In this document: positions 26,609 to 39,823 of the stretch, piece after piece | Layout: every line of letters begins with the position of its first letter | How positions within the stretch are numbered: position 1 is the first letter of the stretch | Origin: Heterodontus francisci | Taxonomy: Eukaryota | Length of the DNA stretch: 64,000 bases | Reading direction: 5' to 3' | NCBI RefSeq assembly: GCF_036365525.1 | Contig: NC_090371.1 | Location: forward strand, 275,543,929 to 275,607,928 | Notes under the pieces: generated by a model | The model's input: only the letters and a program-made list of their open reading frames with translations | The model's database searches: none | Told to the model about the DNA's origin: nothing | Program-made: the position numbers and the translations under genes

Positions 26609-26815
26609 AATAAATCTTGAAAGTTGTGTGAGAGACCAGTTTACTGTGATGTTGAAAACAAGGGCGTTTTGAATTCTGTTAAATGGACCTTTTTTTTTTA
26701 ATACATTTTGTCTCGTGTATAGTACTGTTAATGGAGATGTTGTCTCCATTTGGTGAACTGCACTGGCATTAAAAAAAGAATTAAAATCAAACCCTGTAAC
26801 GTTCTTTTTCTGTGC
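26609..26815 (+). terminator. Candidate INTS12 polyadenylation signals
   Basis: AATAAA at 26609 and ATTAAA at 26768 and 26780, the latter followed by a T/GT-rich tract; 0.7-0.9 kb after the stop and just before repeats resume. Confidence 0.5.
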
Positions 26816-27799
26816 TGTACAATGCAAAGTTGGCCTAGAAGAACTTGCATTAATGTAGCACCTTTCATATCCTCAGCAAGTGCGAAGGTGCTTTACAATC
26901 AATGGGTACTTTTTAAAGTGTGGTCACTTATTGTGTAGGGAAAACAGCAGCCAGTTGGCGTGCACAAAGATCTGTGGGGAGAATGTTGGCCAGGACACCA
27001 GCAGAACACCCCTCCTCCTCTTCAGATAGTCACCAAGAATCTTTTACGTTTACCAGAGCAGGCAAACGGTGCCTCAGTTTAACGTCCCTCGAGCCTGTTA
27101 CAACATTCAGTTAGATCATGGCTGATCTGTTTCGCATTTTCATTTATCTGCCTTTGCTCCATATGGTTGACATCCTTCCATCTATGAAAACCTATATCTT
27201 AATACCAAAAAACCTATCTCAGTCTTGAAATTTTCTGTTGTCTCAGCATCCACAGCCTTTTGAGAAGAGATTTGATTTCCCACTACCATTTGTATGCAAA
27301 GATGCTTCCTAATTTCATTTCTGACTGGTCTCTCTCTAATTTTTAGATTATGCCCTCTTGTTCTGGATGCCCTAACGAAAGGAAATAGTTTATCAGCACC
27401 TGCACTATAATTCCTCTAACATTTTCAACACCTAAATTATACTGCCCCGTAACCTTTTTAGAATCAAGGGAATACATGCAAATAATGCAAGCACCTCAAT
27501 GGCTCAACTGGTTAAGACAATGGGTTGCTGAGCTGAACAGACCAGGAAGATCCTGAGTTGGCTGATTTCAGATTGGTCAACAGCAGGGATATTCCAACTG
27601 TGAATAGTTTTTACTCTTGATCACCATCCAGTGGCCCCCTTCTGGAAGTGCATCCATGTGGCAGTCAAGATGAAAATGGGGTCAAGTTTAGCTGTGATGT
27701 GCCCTTACAACCAGATGGTCTACAGATCTTGTCAGGGCACTTGCACTAAGCAGGTCTCTTCAGTTGGATACTGATCCTCACTAAGGATTCACTAATGTC

Positions 27800-28210
27800 A
27801 TCTGTGGCTCAGCATTAGCACTCATCTCTGAGTCAGAAAGTTGTGGGTTCAAGTCCCGCTTCAGAAACTTGAGCACAAAAATCAGCGCAGTATTGAGAGT
27901 GTGCTGCAGCGTCAGAGGTGCAGTCTCTTAGATGAGACCTTATACCGAGGCCCTGTCTACCCCCTCAGGATCCCATGGCACTACCTTGAAGAGGAGCAGG
28001 GGAATTGTCGTCAGTCCTGGATAGTAATTATCCCTTAATCAACATCACTAAAACTGATTATCTAGTCATTATATAGCTGTTTGTGGGAGCTTGCTGTGCA
28101 CAAAGTGGTTGCTGCATTTCCTACATTATACTTCAAAAGCATTTCAATGGCCGTAAAACGTTTTGGGTTGGCTTAAGATTGTGAAGGGCACAATATAGAT
28201 GTAAGTCTTT
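27800..28210 (+). mobile_element. DeuSINE (SacSINE1-like), full length
   Basis: GTGGCTCAG...CTGAGTCAGAAAGTTGTGGGTTCAAGTCCC head, Deu body, tail. Confidence 0.75.
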
Positions 28211-28413
28211 CACTGCCTGCAGGAAGAGATGGGGGGATCATTTTTTTAAAAGCATAAACAATTCCTTGTTTTCTGCCCATTGCTCCTATCTCCAGAAGCT
28301 GCATGTTGGTAACAACCTTCCATTGCCTTGCCCAATTGCAAGCCAGGACAATTAGGTTTGGTTAATCTACAGCTATCACACCTCAGTCCAGTTCTGTCAC
28401 AAATTTTTACTAG

Positions 28414-28790
28414 TGTTGCAACCAGGTGCGAAAGGGGTCCAGGGGTTCCCTCTCAGCCTTCACCTGGGCTTACCCTAACAGGGTTTAATTTTTAAACACA
28501 CCGTGTTTTTAGCTCCCCCTTGGTGAATCCTTGTTCACTGCTTTCCAATTATAAGACAAAGAAACCAACCAAACAGGTTTTCTTAGGTTTAAAAAAGAAA
28601 GGTTGAAATTTATTAAATTTAAACTCTAATTTGGTTAACGTCTACTAATACACGATGCGCCCACGCTAGCATGCATATGCAATAAGCACCCATGCAGATA
28701 GAGACAGAAAAGAGCAGAAGAAATGAAGTGGAAAAGTTTGAGGCAATATCTGCAGATGGTTTTGGTTACTGTTCTTCGAGCTCGCTGTGT
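28414..28790 (-). mobile_element. LTR fragment, same family as 63214-64000
   Basis: Clear inverted similarity to 63795-64000; ends ...GCAACA on the minus strand. Confidence 0.65.
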
Positions 28791-29179
28791 CTGGCAGCAC
28801 TTGTAACAGGTCTTCTCTTCTTCCCAGCAGCAACTTGAAATTTAATGTCCATATGGCAAAATTAATGTGCCTCATTCTTTGCAGGCAGGGGCCCAGCATG
28901 ACACTAGATTCTGCTGGTTAGCAATTAAGAGCAGGAACCACTGCTGAATTTTGTAATTAAAAAGCAAAAACTACTGGAAATAGATAAGGGGCCAGTGCAT
29001 GCCTGAAAAAAGGCAGGCTGTGATCGTTCAGATGTGTAACCCTTTATTAGGACTGTTCTGATGTAATTATGCATTCAAAATATCATTACTTGTCTTTTTA
29101 CAGATGCTGACTGGTCTTCTTTAATTTACTGTCTGTGAAAAAGCCAAAAATGGCATTCCAACAATTCACAAGATTGCAA

Positions 29180-30450
29180 ATAATTCCAGGGATTTTGCCT
29201 CCACTCTATTTGGAAGCTTATTGCACATTCTCTACGAGAAGAAGAATTTCCTGATGTCATTCCTAAAAATGATCATTTGCTAGTTTGAACCTGTGTCCCC
29301 TACTTCTGCTTACAGTTTAAAATAATATTCTGGGCTTACTTTTTGCGTTCCCTTACAATCTTATAACCCACTATGAGCTCAACTCTCCAACACCTCCTTC
29401 CCAATCAGAAAGATCTTAAATTTCTCCAGTCTTTGCTCATAACTGAGACCCCTTGACTCTTGGAATCAACGTCGTGGTTCGTCTCTGTATTGCCTCAAAC
29501 AATTGAGTCTCTCCCAATCAGAACTGGATATAGTATTCAGGGTGTACTCTGAGTAAGGCATGGTACAGTTTGAGCACTATCTTCTGACTTGCATTCCGCT
29601 CTTTTACCCATTTAGTTCAACTTTTAGTAGGCTTTGTTGATTACTGCATTGGTTAGGCATGCTTAACGCGTGCCTAGGAAGACTCCTAGGTCTCCTTAGC
29701 TTTATTCCTAGATAGCTCAGCATCATTCATGGAGTATGAATGCTGTCTTATTTTCCTTCCTATGTGACTCACTTTACAGTTGTCTGCATAAAATTTCACC
29801 TGTCATTATTCTTCCAGCTTAACCCATTTTGTCCAACTCATTCCTAATCTCTGAGCTGTCTCCTCTAATTTCCAAGATTTACCCTGAATCTTCAGAACTT
29901 TGCACTTACCCAAAAGCATTTTATGTGGTACTTTGTCGAAAGCCTTCTGAAAATTAAGGTATGTCATGTCACAGGCCTTTCCACAATCGACTTGGGATGT
30001 CACTTCCTCAAAGAAGTTAAGATTGGTCAGGCAAGATCTTTCTGAATCCATGTTGACTGGTTATTATTGAATTGATAATCTTCAAGGTTACTCCGGATAA
30101 TCAGTCCCATTGTTTAATATGAAATGGATTTAATTGCCTGTATCTGTTTTGACCCTTATTTGTATATGGACACCACATGTATCAGTTCTCAATCTACTGG
30201 TACCTCGTATTGATTGTCAGCAGCTCACAAATCTCTTCCCTGTCTCTCTCAGTACCTTGGGGTACGTACCATCTGTCCCTGGAAACTGATTTGTTTCGAG
30301 CCCATTTAGACATTCTAGGATTTAACTTCATTAAGATCAAAGCTGTTGATTTTACTTTGGTATATCCATGTTTGGAAAGGGAATGTGTCTTGGCTGAAGG
30401 GATGAAAACTGATCTGATGAAATCACCACCACCCTTGCCGACAGAGTTTC
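29180..30450 (-). mobile_element. Old degraded CR1 LINE
   Basis: RSCLTNL..FFEEVT..YLNFQKAFDKVPH. Confidence 0.75.
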
Positions 30451-31789
30451 TTGTATTTTTTCAATAGCATTGGATACTCTGTCCTGATTTTCTTTCAATA
30501 TTAGCAGTCCAGTTGGTATATTCCTAGTCTGACTCAGTCCTGCTGCAGGTAACATTTTAGGTCATAAGAGGGAAGTCACGATGTAGGAGTAGTGAGAGCA
30601 GTGAGCCTCTCGAATATGTTGTGGGCTGGTATGGGGGATGCTGACTCTCTGCATCACCCTCACAAGGAAGCTGGAACGGTTCTTGGCTGGGGCAGAGATT
30701 GCATCATATAGAAGGTAAATGGCTTCAGATAAAACATGGTCCATGTGATCGCCTGAAATGGTTTCAATCACCTGAGAGAATCGTAGAGGAATTTTCCAGA
30801 GTTTTTTTTTCCTTATTGGCGCTGGATTTTTCTTTGCATCTCCCAGGAGATTACAAGGGTGTCGTTGGGGAGGCTGCGGTTGTGAGGGCCACAGGGTGCA
30901 TGTGTAAAGTGTCTAGTTATGAGTGTGGGCTGGGCTTGATAGACCAGTATTTTCAGCCCGTCAGTTTCATCTGCTCGTATAGGCAAACTGTTACGTCTTT
31001 AAGCCGAAATGGTTGTTATTGTAGTACCTTTGTCTGCCAGTGAGTGATGTCGCGCAATGTATAATGAATTCTGAAATAGTCCTACAGTGTCACAACATCA
31101 TGAACCTTACTTTCACCTTCTCAATCAGGAAGTCTTCCTCAATCCTCCCTCGACTGCACTGTGAGTGTCGGCCTAGAGTATATGCTACCACTGTGCCATG
31201 GCTGATGCCTAGGTAAACTATGAAACGTTGTTTAAACGGTAAGCAGCAATTGCTTACCAGAGCCCTCAATGACAGCCCCAGTAAGAGTTTTGGAATGTGG
31301 GCCATTATAGACATCACCTCAAATCTGGACATCAAGATGCAGCTTTATCAGAGAGCACCTGACTACCACACTAATCAATCCTAATGGCAGTGTTTAACAA
31401 TCAGTGTGTGGAAAACAAATCACGTGATATCTAAATATACAGTAACATTCAATGATTCTTTGGGAAGTGAGAAATGCCTTTGGCTTGGGTGAGAGATAAT
31501 CTAAATGCAGAGTATGGAATACTGTATAGAGCAGGCATGGTACCTGAATTCCTGGCATAGATTTTTCATGACAAATTTATACCAGCTGTCCTATAAAGCA
31601 GAACTAGGCGATGTAAACTTGCTTGGTTCATCTTTTTGCTTGTCTAGCAACAGCTGTATCATTTCATTATGATACTAATGACATGCACTGATGCAAATAT
31701 TACATTGCCACAGATCCAAGGATACACTGCCACATGAATACACTCTCACATTCATAAGAATACACTCACATTGATACAAGCCCTATCAA

Positions 31790-32220
31790 CTAGCATTTAT
31801 ATCACGCCTTTAATGTAGAAAACAATCCCAAGGTGCTTCACAAAGGCGCAATCAAAGAAAAATGGACACTGCATGAGGCAAAGAAGGAGCTAAAAGGAGC
31901 CATGGCCAGAAGCTTAGTCAAAGATGCAGGTTTTAGGAGGGTTTAAAAGGAGGAGGGGGTGATGGAGAGGCAAACGGGTTTAGGGACAGAATTCCAGAGC
32001 ATAAGGTCTAGGTATTTGCAAGCACAGCCGCGATGGTGGGATGAAGGGAGATGCAGATGCACAAGATGACAGATTTTGAGGAATGGAAAGTTCAGGGCCT
32101 GGTAGGACGGGAGGATTTAAAAAGATACGAAAGGACGAAGCCATTAAGGGATTTAAACACAATGAGGATTTTAAATTTCAGATGTTGGGGGACTGGAAAC
32201 CAATATAGGTCAGCAGGGAC
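31790..32220 (-). mobile_element. L2-clade LINE 3' fragment
   Basis: Reverse-complement similarity to 24720-25210. Confidence 0.6.
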
Positions 32221-34199
32221 TTTGGGGAGGAGCCAGTGAGTGAGGCTTCACCGTGTGGGTGGGAATTGACTCATGTTTATATGCGAATGAGAAAAAGTTT
32301 GCCAAACATTTTTCCATGAGGACTGTTTTACTGTCAAGGATCTCACTGATACTTTTGAACCCAAGTGCCTCCCCTCATAACTTGAAAGTATATCATTTCA
32401 TATCTATGTGTCTCGCACATGTGAGAGGAAATGCTTGTTCAGTGCAATTTCAGGTCACAATTTATTTTTTGTTAATTGAAGTTAACAAAAGTTAAAGGGA
32501 GTATATCATTCCAAATGTCTTTGAGAGCACTGCATAATTTGTGACTAGCTCAGTGAATTTCCTTTGCATTGTAATCTATTCAACAGTTGCCTTGGTGATG
32601 TACTTAACCACCACAGCAGCTATTAATGTTCTTAAATACTTAAGAGTCGAAAGCCACATGGTGATAACGTCAAACCAGAATCGATTACCTTATTTTAAGC
32701 TACACGTATTTCTTGAGGTCACTATAATACCATTTACTGCACAGGTTCTCATATGTTGTTATGATTATGTTACAAGTTCAGTACCTTCCAGTCCCTTAGT
32801 TCTAGGCCAAACAAACTTTACTTGTACCATGTTGCAATGAAAGCAAATAAGTTGGCATAGCGTCATCAACAAGAAATAATGTTTCTTCTTACAATATTAT
32901 TCACAATCTATTTATGTTATAAAAAGAAAAAGATTTGCATTTATATAGCACCTCTTATGACTTAGGATGCTCCAACGCCCTTCACAGCCAATTAAGTACT
33001 TTTTGAAGTGTAGTCACTGTTGTTAATGTAACAAAAACAGCCATCAATTAAATGCAGCAAGCTTCCACAAACAGCAAGATGATAACGACCAGATAATCTG
33101 TTCCAGTGATGTTGGTTCAGGGATAAAAACTGGCCAGGACAGCAGGAAAAATTGCCTTGCTCTTCTTTGAAAATTGCCGGGGGATCTTTGATGTCAGAGC
33201 GTCAGCCTGGACCTCGTGCTCAACTCCCTATAAAGAAGCTCCCTAAAAATTGAGCTGTGCGCAGAGATGAACTAGGTGGAGCAACTCACCTCGCTTGCTT
33301 TGACAGCACCTCCCAACTCATGGCCTCTACTACCGAGAAGGACAAAGAGCAGGAACGTCATGGAACACCATCACCTCCAAGTCACATCCCATCTTAGAGA
33401 TGGGCAATGTATGGCCTTGCCACGCCCTGAGAATATATAATTTTAATAAGGTTTATGGTCCCTGATAGGCACATGACCATAGAAAAGAATCACATCACAA
33501 AGGTGTTTGAACTGATTTTGTTTCAGCTACAAGCAAATATCCTTCAAAGACGTATCAGCAAGGACATAAACAGTATGCAGATTCAGAGTGGAGGGCCCAA
33601 CATTTTCGATCAATTAATTGTAAAATAAAATAAAATAGTGTAGTACAGGAAGATGGACAATGGAATAGAAAGAATGAATGTAGTGCAGTATGGATATGGC
33701 ACCATAGTGGTTATGTTACTGGGCTTGTAATCTAGAGTCCTGAAATAAAGATCCAATAGATGCAAATTCCAATCCTACCATGGTAGGTCGTAAATTCAAT
33801 TACTTAAATAAATCTGGGATTAGAAAACCTTATGGTGACTATGAAACTATAGGATTGTCATTAAAGAAAATCCCATCTGGTTCACTAATGGCCTTTAGGG
33901 AAGGGTCTGGCTTTTAACTGCCTACTGAAGCAACCTAGTAAACCACTCAGTTGTACCAAACTGTTATGACCACTCTCACCATGCGGACTGCAGTTGTTCA
34001 AGGAAGTTGCTTATCATAACCTTCCGATGGGCAATAAATGCTGACCTTGCCAATAATGATGCAAATAAGTAGAAAAGAATGCACTTAATATGGAAAAATA
34101 TTACTTTATTACAAGTATTATGTTATAAAATAATCTGTTATCTGTGATCTAAAAAGTATGTAACAATTACTGAACAGACTGCATCAGGGAAGCTAGACT

Positions 34200-35165
34200 A
34201 AAAAAAAGACTTGCACTTATAAAATGCTTTTCATGACCACCGGACATCTCAAATTGCTTTACAGCGAATGATTTTTTTATTTCCAAACTATACTTTATTC
34301 ATAAAAATCTGTAAAAAATACATGACAAAACAGTTCCAAACAGCACCAAGTCAAAAATTACAAACAGTGCAAAGGAGGTCAGTTTCCTTCAATACAATCA
34401 TGAGTTGCCTCACAACCCTTCCATTTCATTTCTCATGCCATATACATTTTACAGCAAACGAAAAATTTCCCGATTCGAGGGGTTTTCCATGGATCCAGCC
34501 CCTCCGTTCAGCTTGGTGGGGGGACCTTACACAGTGGTCTTTCCCCATTGAGCCTTTGCTGTGGCTGCCCCAAGCTTTAGTGTGTCCCTCAGCACGTAGT
34601 CCTGGACCTTGGAATGTGCCAGTCTGCAACATTCGGTCGTGGACAACTCTTTGCGCTGGAAGACCAGCAAGTTTCGGGCAGACCAAAGGCCGTCTTTCAC
34701 CGAATTGATAGTCCTCCAGCAGCAGTTGATGTTTGTCTCGGTGTGCGTCCCTGGGAACAGCCCGTAGAGCACAGACTCCTGGGTTACAGAGCTGCTTGGG
34801 ATGAACCTCGACAAAAACCACTGCATCTGTGTTTTTATTTGAAGTGTAGTCACTGTTATAATGAAGGAAACACTGCAGCAAATTTTATGCATAGCAAAAA
34901 CTCACAAACAGCAAAGTGAAAATGACCAGATGATCTGTTTTATGATGTTAATTGCGGGATAAATATTGGCCAGGACACTGGGGATAACTACTCTGCTCTT
35001 CTTTACAATAATTCCATGGGATCTTTTATGCCCACCTGAGAGGCCAGACAGAGCCTTGCTTTAATGTCTCATCCAAAAGACAGCACCTCCAATAGTACTG
35101 CACTTAAGTGTCAGTCTTGATTTTTGTGCACAAGTCCTGGGGTGGGTCTTGAAGTCAGAACTTTA
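34200..35165 (-). mobile_element. DeuSINE (SacSINE1-like) split by a Tx1-like LINE fragment
   Basis: SINE tail 34200-34271 and body 34838-35165 are colinear with the other copies. Confidence 0.7.
34272..34835 (-). mobile_element. Tx1/L1-group LINE 3' end with A-rich tail
   Basis: Open frame WFLSRFIPSSSVTQESVLYGLFPGTH...INSVKDGLWSARNLLVF...VQDYVLRD...AQW; 3' UTR with AATAAA and an A-rich end. Confidence 0.75.
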
Positions 35166-35939
35166 TAACTCAGAATTGGGTGTACCAACAATTGAGCTGC
35201 AGTTGACGAGGGTTCTGTCAAAAGAGTTTTGTGTTTTTATTTGTAAACTAAGAATTCTGTGTGTGTTTAAAAACTGAGAAAAAGGATTTTTCTGTGAACA
35301 TTGAATGCTGAAACTTGGTGTTTGAACTGAGTGGGACAGACTCCTCAGAAACAGTTGTAAACCGAAAAAGCCCTTTTCCCCGGTCGTGGGGGACAAATAG
35401 AGTGTTTAATTTGGCTACTTTCCGGTAGGTGGGAAACTTTACTAATATGCTGTAACCTGTGGGGTATTGGGACTGAATTAACAGTACATTATCCTGCCTT
35501 GCTCATAACAGTTCACATAGCTTGGTGGTGTGGGCTGCTAATGTTTTGATTCTGTTGTGATTGGACAAGCAATGCAGCAACGCTGCAGATGGCATATGGA
35601 CAGGAGTCAAGCATTCATTTTTACACCGTTCTCAAATTTGCCTGGAGTGGAGTCTAAAACAGCTGTCACTGTTACTTAGCTGCATGCCTAAAGCCTTGCG
35701 TCAAAAGTGAGGTTGCGATCACAAGATAATCATGTGGGTGGAATGTTTGGACCCACCTCCTGAACCATGAGCATTGCTTGTTACTGCACTAAGAGTTGGC
35801 ATGAAACATTTATGGATTTAAAGGGACAATAGTCCTCCAATTTCATTACATAAATGTCCAGGTAAAAGTCGCTGGAAATCTGAAACAAAAACAGAAAAAT
35901 ACTCAGCAGATCTAAACTTGAACTCATCCAAAACCATGA

Positions 35940-36411
35940 TGCTCATATCCTAACTCTCACCAAGCCCTGTTCACCCATCACCTTGTGCTCACTGACCGAC
36001 ATTGGTTCTCAGTCTAGCAAAACGTTGATATACATTTGTTATTCTTGTGTTCAAATCCCTCCATGATCTTGCATGTCTGTAACCTCCTCCAGCCCTACAA
36101 TCCTCTGAAATCTCTGCATTCCTCCAGTTCTATCCTTGTGAGCATCCCCAAATTGCTCCACCATTGGTGGCTGTGCTTTCAGCTGCCTAGGCCCTAGCCT
36201 CTGGAATTCACTCACTATACCTATCTGCTTCTCTAACTCTCCTCCTTTAAGTTGCTCCTTAAGACCCTATCTCTTTGACCAAGCTTTTGGTCACCTGTCC
36301 CAATAGCTCTTTATGTGGCTCTGTGTCAAATTTTGTCTGATAATACTCATGTGAAGCACATTGGGATGTGGTACTATGTTAAAGGCGTTATATAAATGCA
36401 AGTTGTTGTTG
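35940..36411 (+). mobile_element. L2-clade LINE 3' fragment
   Basis: Same family as 665-1002 and 24720-25210. Confidence 0.75.
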
Positions 36412-37665
36412 CTCAAGCAGCTGTTTGTTTCTCATTAAAGTACAATTATCTTAGTGATGTGTCTGTCATTAAGCAATATCCTCCACCTCCAGGTTGGTTG
36501 TGACTAAAAAACAATTTCTTTACAATCCCAGTTATTCCCTATTTCCCATCACAAATTCCAGACTCTGTTTTGCAATCAGGTTTAAATTTGATTCTTCCTC
36601 CATTTGCTGTCAAACTGCCTCTGTAATGGGACATATTCTGGCTCCATTTTAAAGTCAGTACCGTACAAACATTTCTGTTACCGATGTCACGGGTGAGAGT
36701 GCGGACACTGCCCATTTAACTCGCCCTCTTGTAGGCACCTTCCTTTACAGTCCGACTGCCTCTAAAACGGTTCCAGAGCTTAAATCTCCAACCCACGATG
36801 CTGAGGAAGAGGTGACAGCGAGTCGTGAAAAGATCAATATAGACAAGAGTCTTAGAACTGCTGTTTTTCAGTCATTTTCCTTTTGGTTCAATACCATAGT
36901 ACGTCCGCCTTGGTTGCAGATACTATTAATGGATCTTTCCCACCTCGGCAGCTCATCAATTAACTATGCACTTGCCAGCACTGTTACCCGCTCAATTGGG
37001 GCCACACGTAATACTAGGTCACATCCACAATCAACAGTGATCATGGCACAAAAGTTGTCTTTCCTTCTGTTTCAGAAGAGTAGGAGTATTAAACACAGAT
37101 GGTTTGTAAATGCTTTCTACCGATATTTTTATTCAAGTTTTCTTTTTTTCCGAAATTAGCACAGATGAAGAAAATAGGGCCGATATTGACCAAAGTGAGA
37201 TTATGTCTACTGAATCAGCAGTTTGAAATTCAATGGTAAAAATTGACATATTGCCCTTAGATGATACTGGAGCATTTTAGCAGGATTATAAATGAGTTGT
37301 TGGTATTCAATTCAGAATACCTTAACGCATGCCGTGGCTTGATAAGGCTCATTAAACAACAGTTGCCTAAAGGGTTTGGTTTAGACTCAATGCCTATGAC
37401 CTTGATTGCATAAGTCAAATGCGACTGGAAGAATTCACATACTTTGTAGATCATGCACTTCTCAAGGTGATCATGCAGAGAATTCTTAGGGATCAGAGGC
37501 ACCACCACTATGTGCTGAAAGTATTTGGTGGTCAAAAGTACTTTTTGCACTAATGCTGAAACACTAATTTGCACTAATGATACCTAAATAACAACAGTGA
37601 CTTGAAAAAGTACTTCATTGGCTGTGAAAAACTCAAAGAATGTGAAAAGCACTAAATAAATGCAA

Positions 37666-38005
37666 ATTAGATTAGAGATACAGCACTGAAACAGGCCCTT
37701 CGGCCCACCGAGTCTGTGCCGAACATCAACCACCCATTTATACTAATCCTATATTCCTACCAAACATCCCCACCTGTCCCGATAGTTCCCTACCACCTAC
37801 CTATACTAGTGACAATTTATAATGGCCAATTTACCTGTCAACCTGCAAGTCTTTTGGCTTGTGGGAGGAAACCGGAGCACCCGGAGAAAACCCACGCAGA
37901 CACAGGGAGAACTTGCAAACTCCACACAGGCAGCACCCAGAATCGAACCCGGGTCCCTGGAGCTGTGAGGCTGCAGTGCTAACCACTGCGCCACTGTGCT
38001 GCCCC
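37666..38005 (-). mobile_element. HE1-type V-SINE, full length and young
   Basis: tRNA head GTGGCGCAGTGGTTAGC...GGTTCGATTC; V-domain GTTCTCCCTGTGTCTGCGTGGGTTTTCTCCGGGTGCTCCGGTTTCCTCCCAC; CR1-derived tail GGGCCGAAGGGCCTGTTTCAGTGCTGTATCTCTAA. Confidence 0.85.
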
Positions 38006-38419
38006 ATTTGAAATTGTTATGATGGTGCTTCTATATTTTTTGTTGAGTAATTTTTTTGAGGACTCATATTTAAATTGTGGAGATGGATTCATTGGAAGGC
38101 TGAAGATTTCATAGAAGTTAGATTTGCTTTGTTGTCGACAGTTTGAGGGGAGACGGTGGCATAGTGGTAATGTTATTAGACTAGTAATCTAGAGCCCCAG
38201 GCTTATCCTCTGGGGATATGGGCTCGTATCCCACCATAGCAGATGGTGAAATTTGAATTCAATTAATAAATCTGGAATTAAAAGCTAGTCCACTGGTTCA
38301 CTAATAATGTCCTTTAGAGAAGGAAATCTGCTGTTCTTACCTGGTCTGGCCTACATGGGCAATAAATGCTGGCCTAGCAGTGACACCCACATCCCACAAT
38401 AAAAAATAAAACCGTCATT

Positions 38420-39303
38420 GGAAAGACACTGAGATGTTGTTTAAAAACAACCGTGCTGAAAATCATATGATTTAAGCTCAATAAACAACAGAAACCTTGG
38501 TGACCTGGAGAAGATGTTTACAGAGAAACCATATGTCAAGGTTTGTGGAGGTCAAGAGGTTGACTTTCTGTTTTGGGGTTTGGATTGTTTTCAGTTCAGT
38601 TGGGGTGTGGACTGTTTTGAAGACAGTTACTGTTTGGCCTGACAAGGAAAAAGAAATCCCCCAGCTCATCTTTCCTGCACATCTCTAAAGAACCCTGAGA
38701 GGTCCAGTGTGTCAGTTCATCTCTTTTCTCCTGTCGCAGAGAAACGCTGCATATCGAATGTGTGGGAACTAAAACCCCTAATGCTGCATTTCTTCTGAGA
38801 CACTGGAAAAACCTGCCAGATAAATCCTTGATGCCTCCTGAATGAATTGCTCCAGAAAAGGATCCCAGTGACCCGTCGCCATATACCCGGATGCCAGACA
38901 AAAAAAGGGACATCTGACATCCTTCCATAGCTTCTCTTTTTTCTTCAAGAATTAGCAAGTATTTGGCCAAAGGTTCTTTTGTCTTTTCTTTGAAACTGAC
39001 CTCTGCAGAGAGAATTTCTGTATTTTCTTTCAGTGTGTATGTGTATGTGGAGAATTTTAAAAGGGAACTTTTTTCATATTTCAATCTGTGTGTTAACGGT
39101 TTGCTTCATTAGTGGATAAGTCTTGTTTGATAATAAACTGATAATTTTATTGTTTATTAAAGAAACCTGGTTGGTGTATTTTATTCTGGGATAAAGAGTA
39201 AATAATTGACTGAATCGGTAACTGGGTAAACATTTTAAAAATATATGTTATGACCTGCAGAGACTAGAAAAGGCAATGCACTCCTCCCACCTCGCTCATA
39301 CCA
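38420..39303 (+). mobile_element. Probable solo LTR; similar LTR-like stretches at ~15474-15900(-), 35200-35520, 56050-56940
   Basis: TG-rich tract followed by AATAAA, AAGAAACCTG motif and CTCCTCCCACCTCGCTCATACCA end, the same architecture as the other LTRs in the window. Confidence 0.45.
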
Positions 39304-39823
39304 AAATTCGTTCTTGTGCCATTTTTGCTAGTAACTGCAGTTTGGTATCAGTCCAAAAGTTTAAGAGAGGTCACTAGCATTGCTGCATTAACCTATGCAA
39401 TATAAGGCAAATACAATATGCATATAGTTGTGTGTCAATGAGGCTTTATGTATTGATGCTCCCCTGGTGGCTTCACGAAAATCATTATTCTGATCTGTGA
39501 AATTAAAACACGCTTATAGGGCTGAATTTTAGTTCCAGGGTCCCGATCCCGAAGCCGAGATGAATTTTGTAAGAACCTTGAAGAGATTTTGGAGGAGGTG
39601 GCCAATTAAGAGGCCGCATCTGAGAGCCCTGTCCAATTAAGGATGGCAGGAGGACGCCGCAGCCATGAGATCCAATGAAAACGCCTGAGGCTCTGGGTGG
39701 CGGGCAGCCCACCTGGAGAGGTGGGTACAGCTGATGTAGCTGGGGGACTGTGAGGGCGCCTTAAGATGGAGGCACCCTCTAACGACTTGTAAATGATACA
39801 AATTATAGCGTGGCCACAGCTGT

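Noticed and set aside
31085-31243. Possible exon ending at strong donor CG|GTAAGC with VNYETLFKR
   Set aside because: Stops in all frames and too little signal to call.
37940-38005. tRNA gene-like A/B boxes here and at other SINE heads
   Set aside because: They continue into SINE bodies and lack a full cloverleaf; not tRNA genes.
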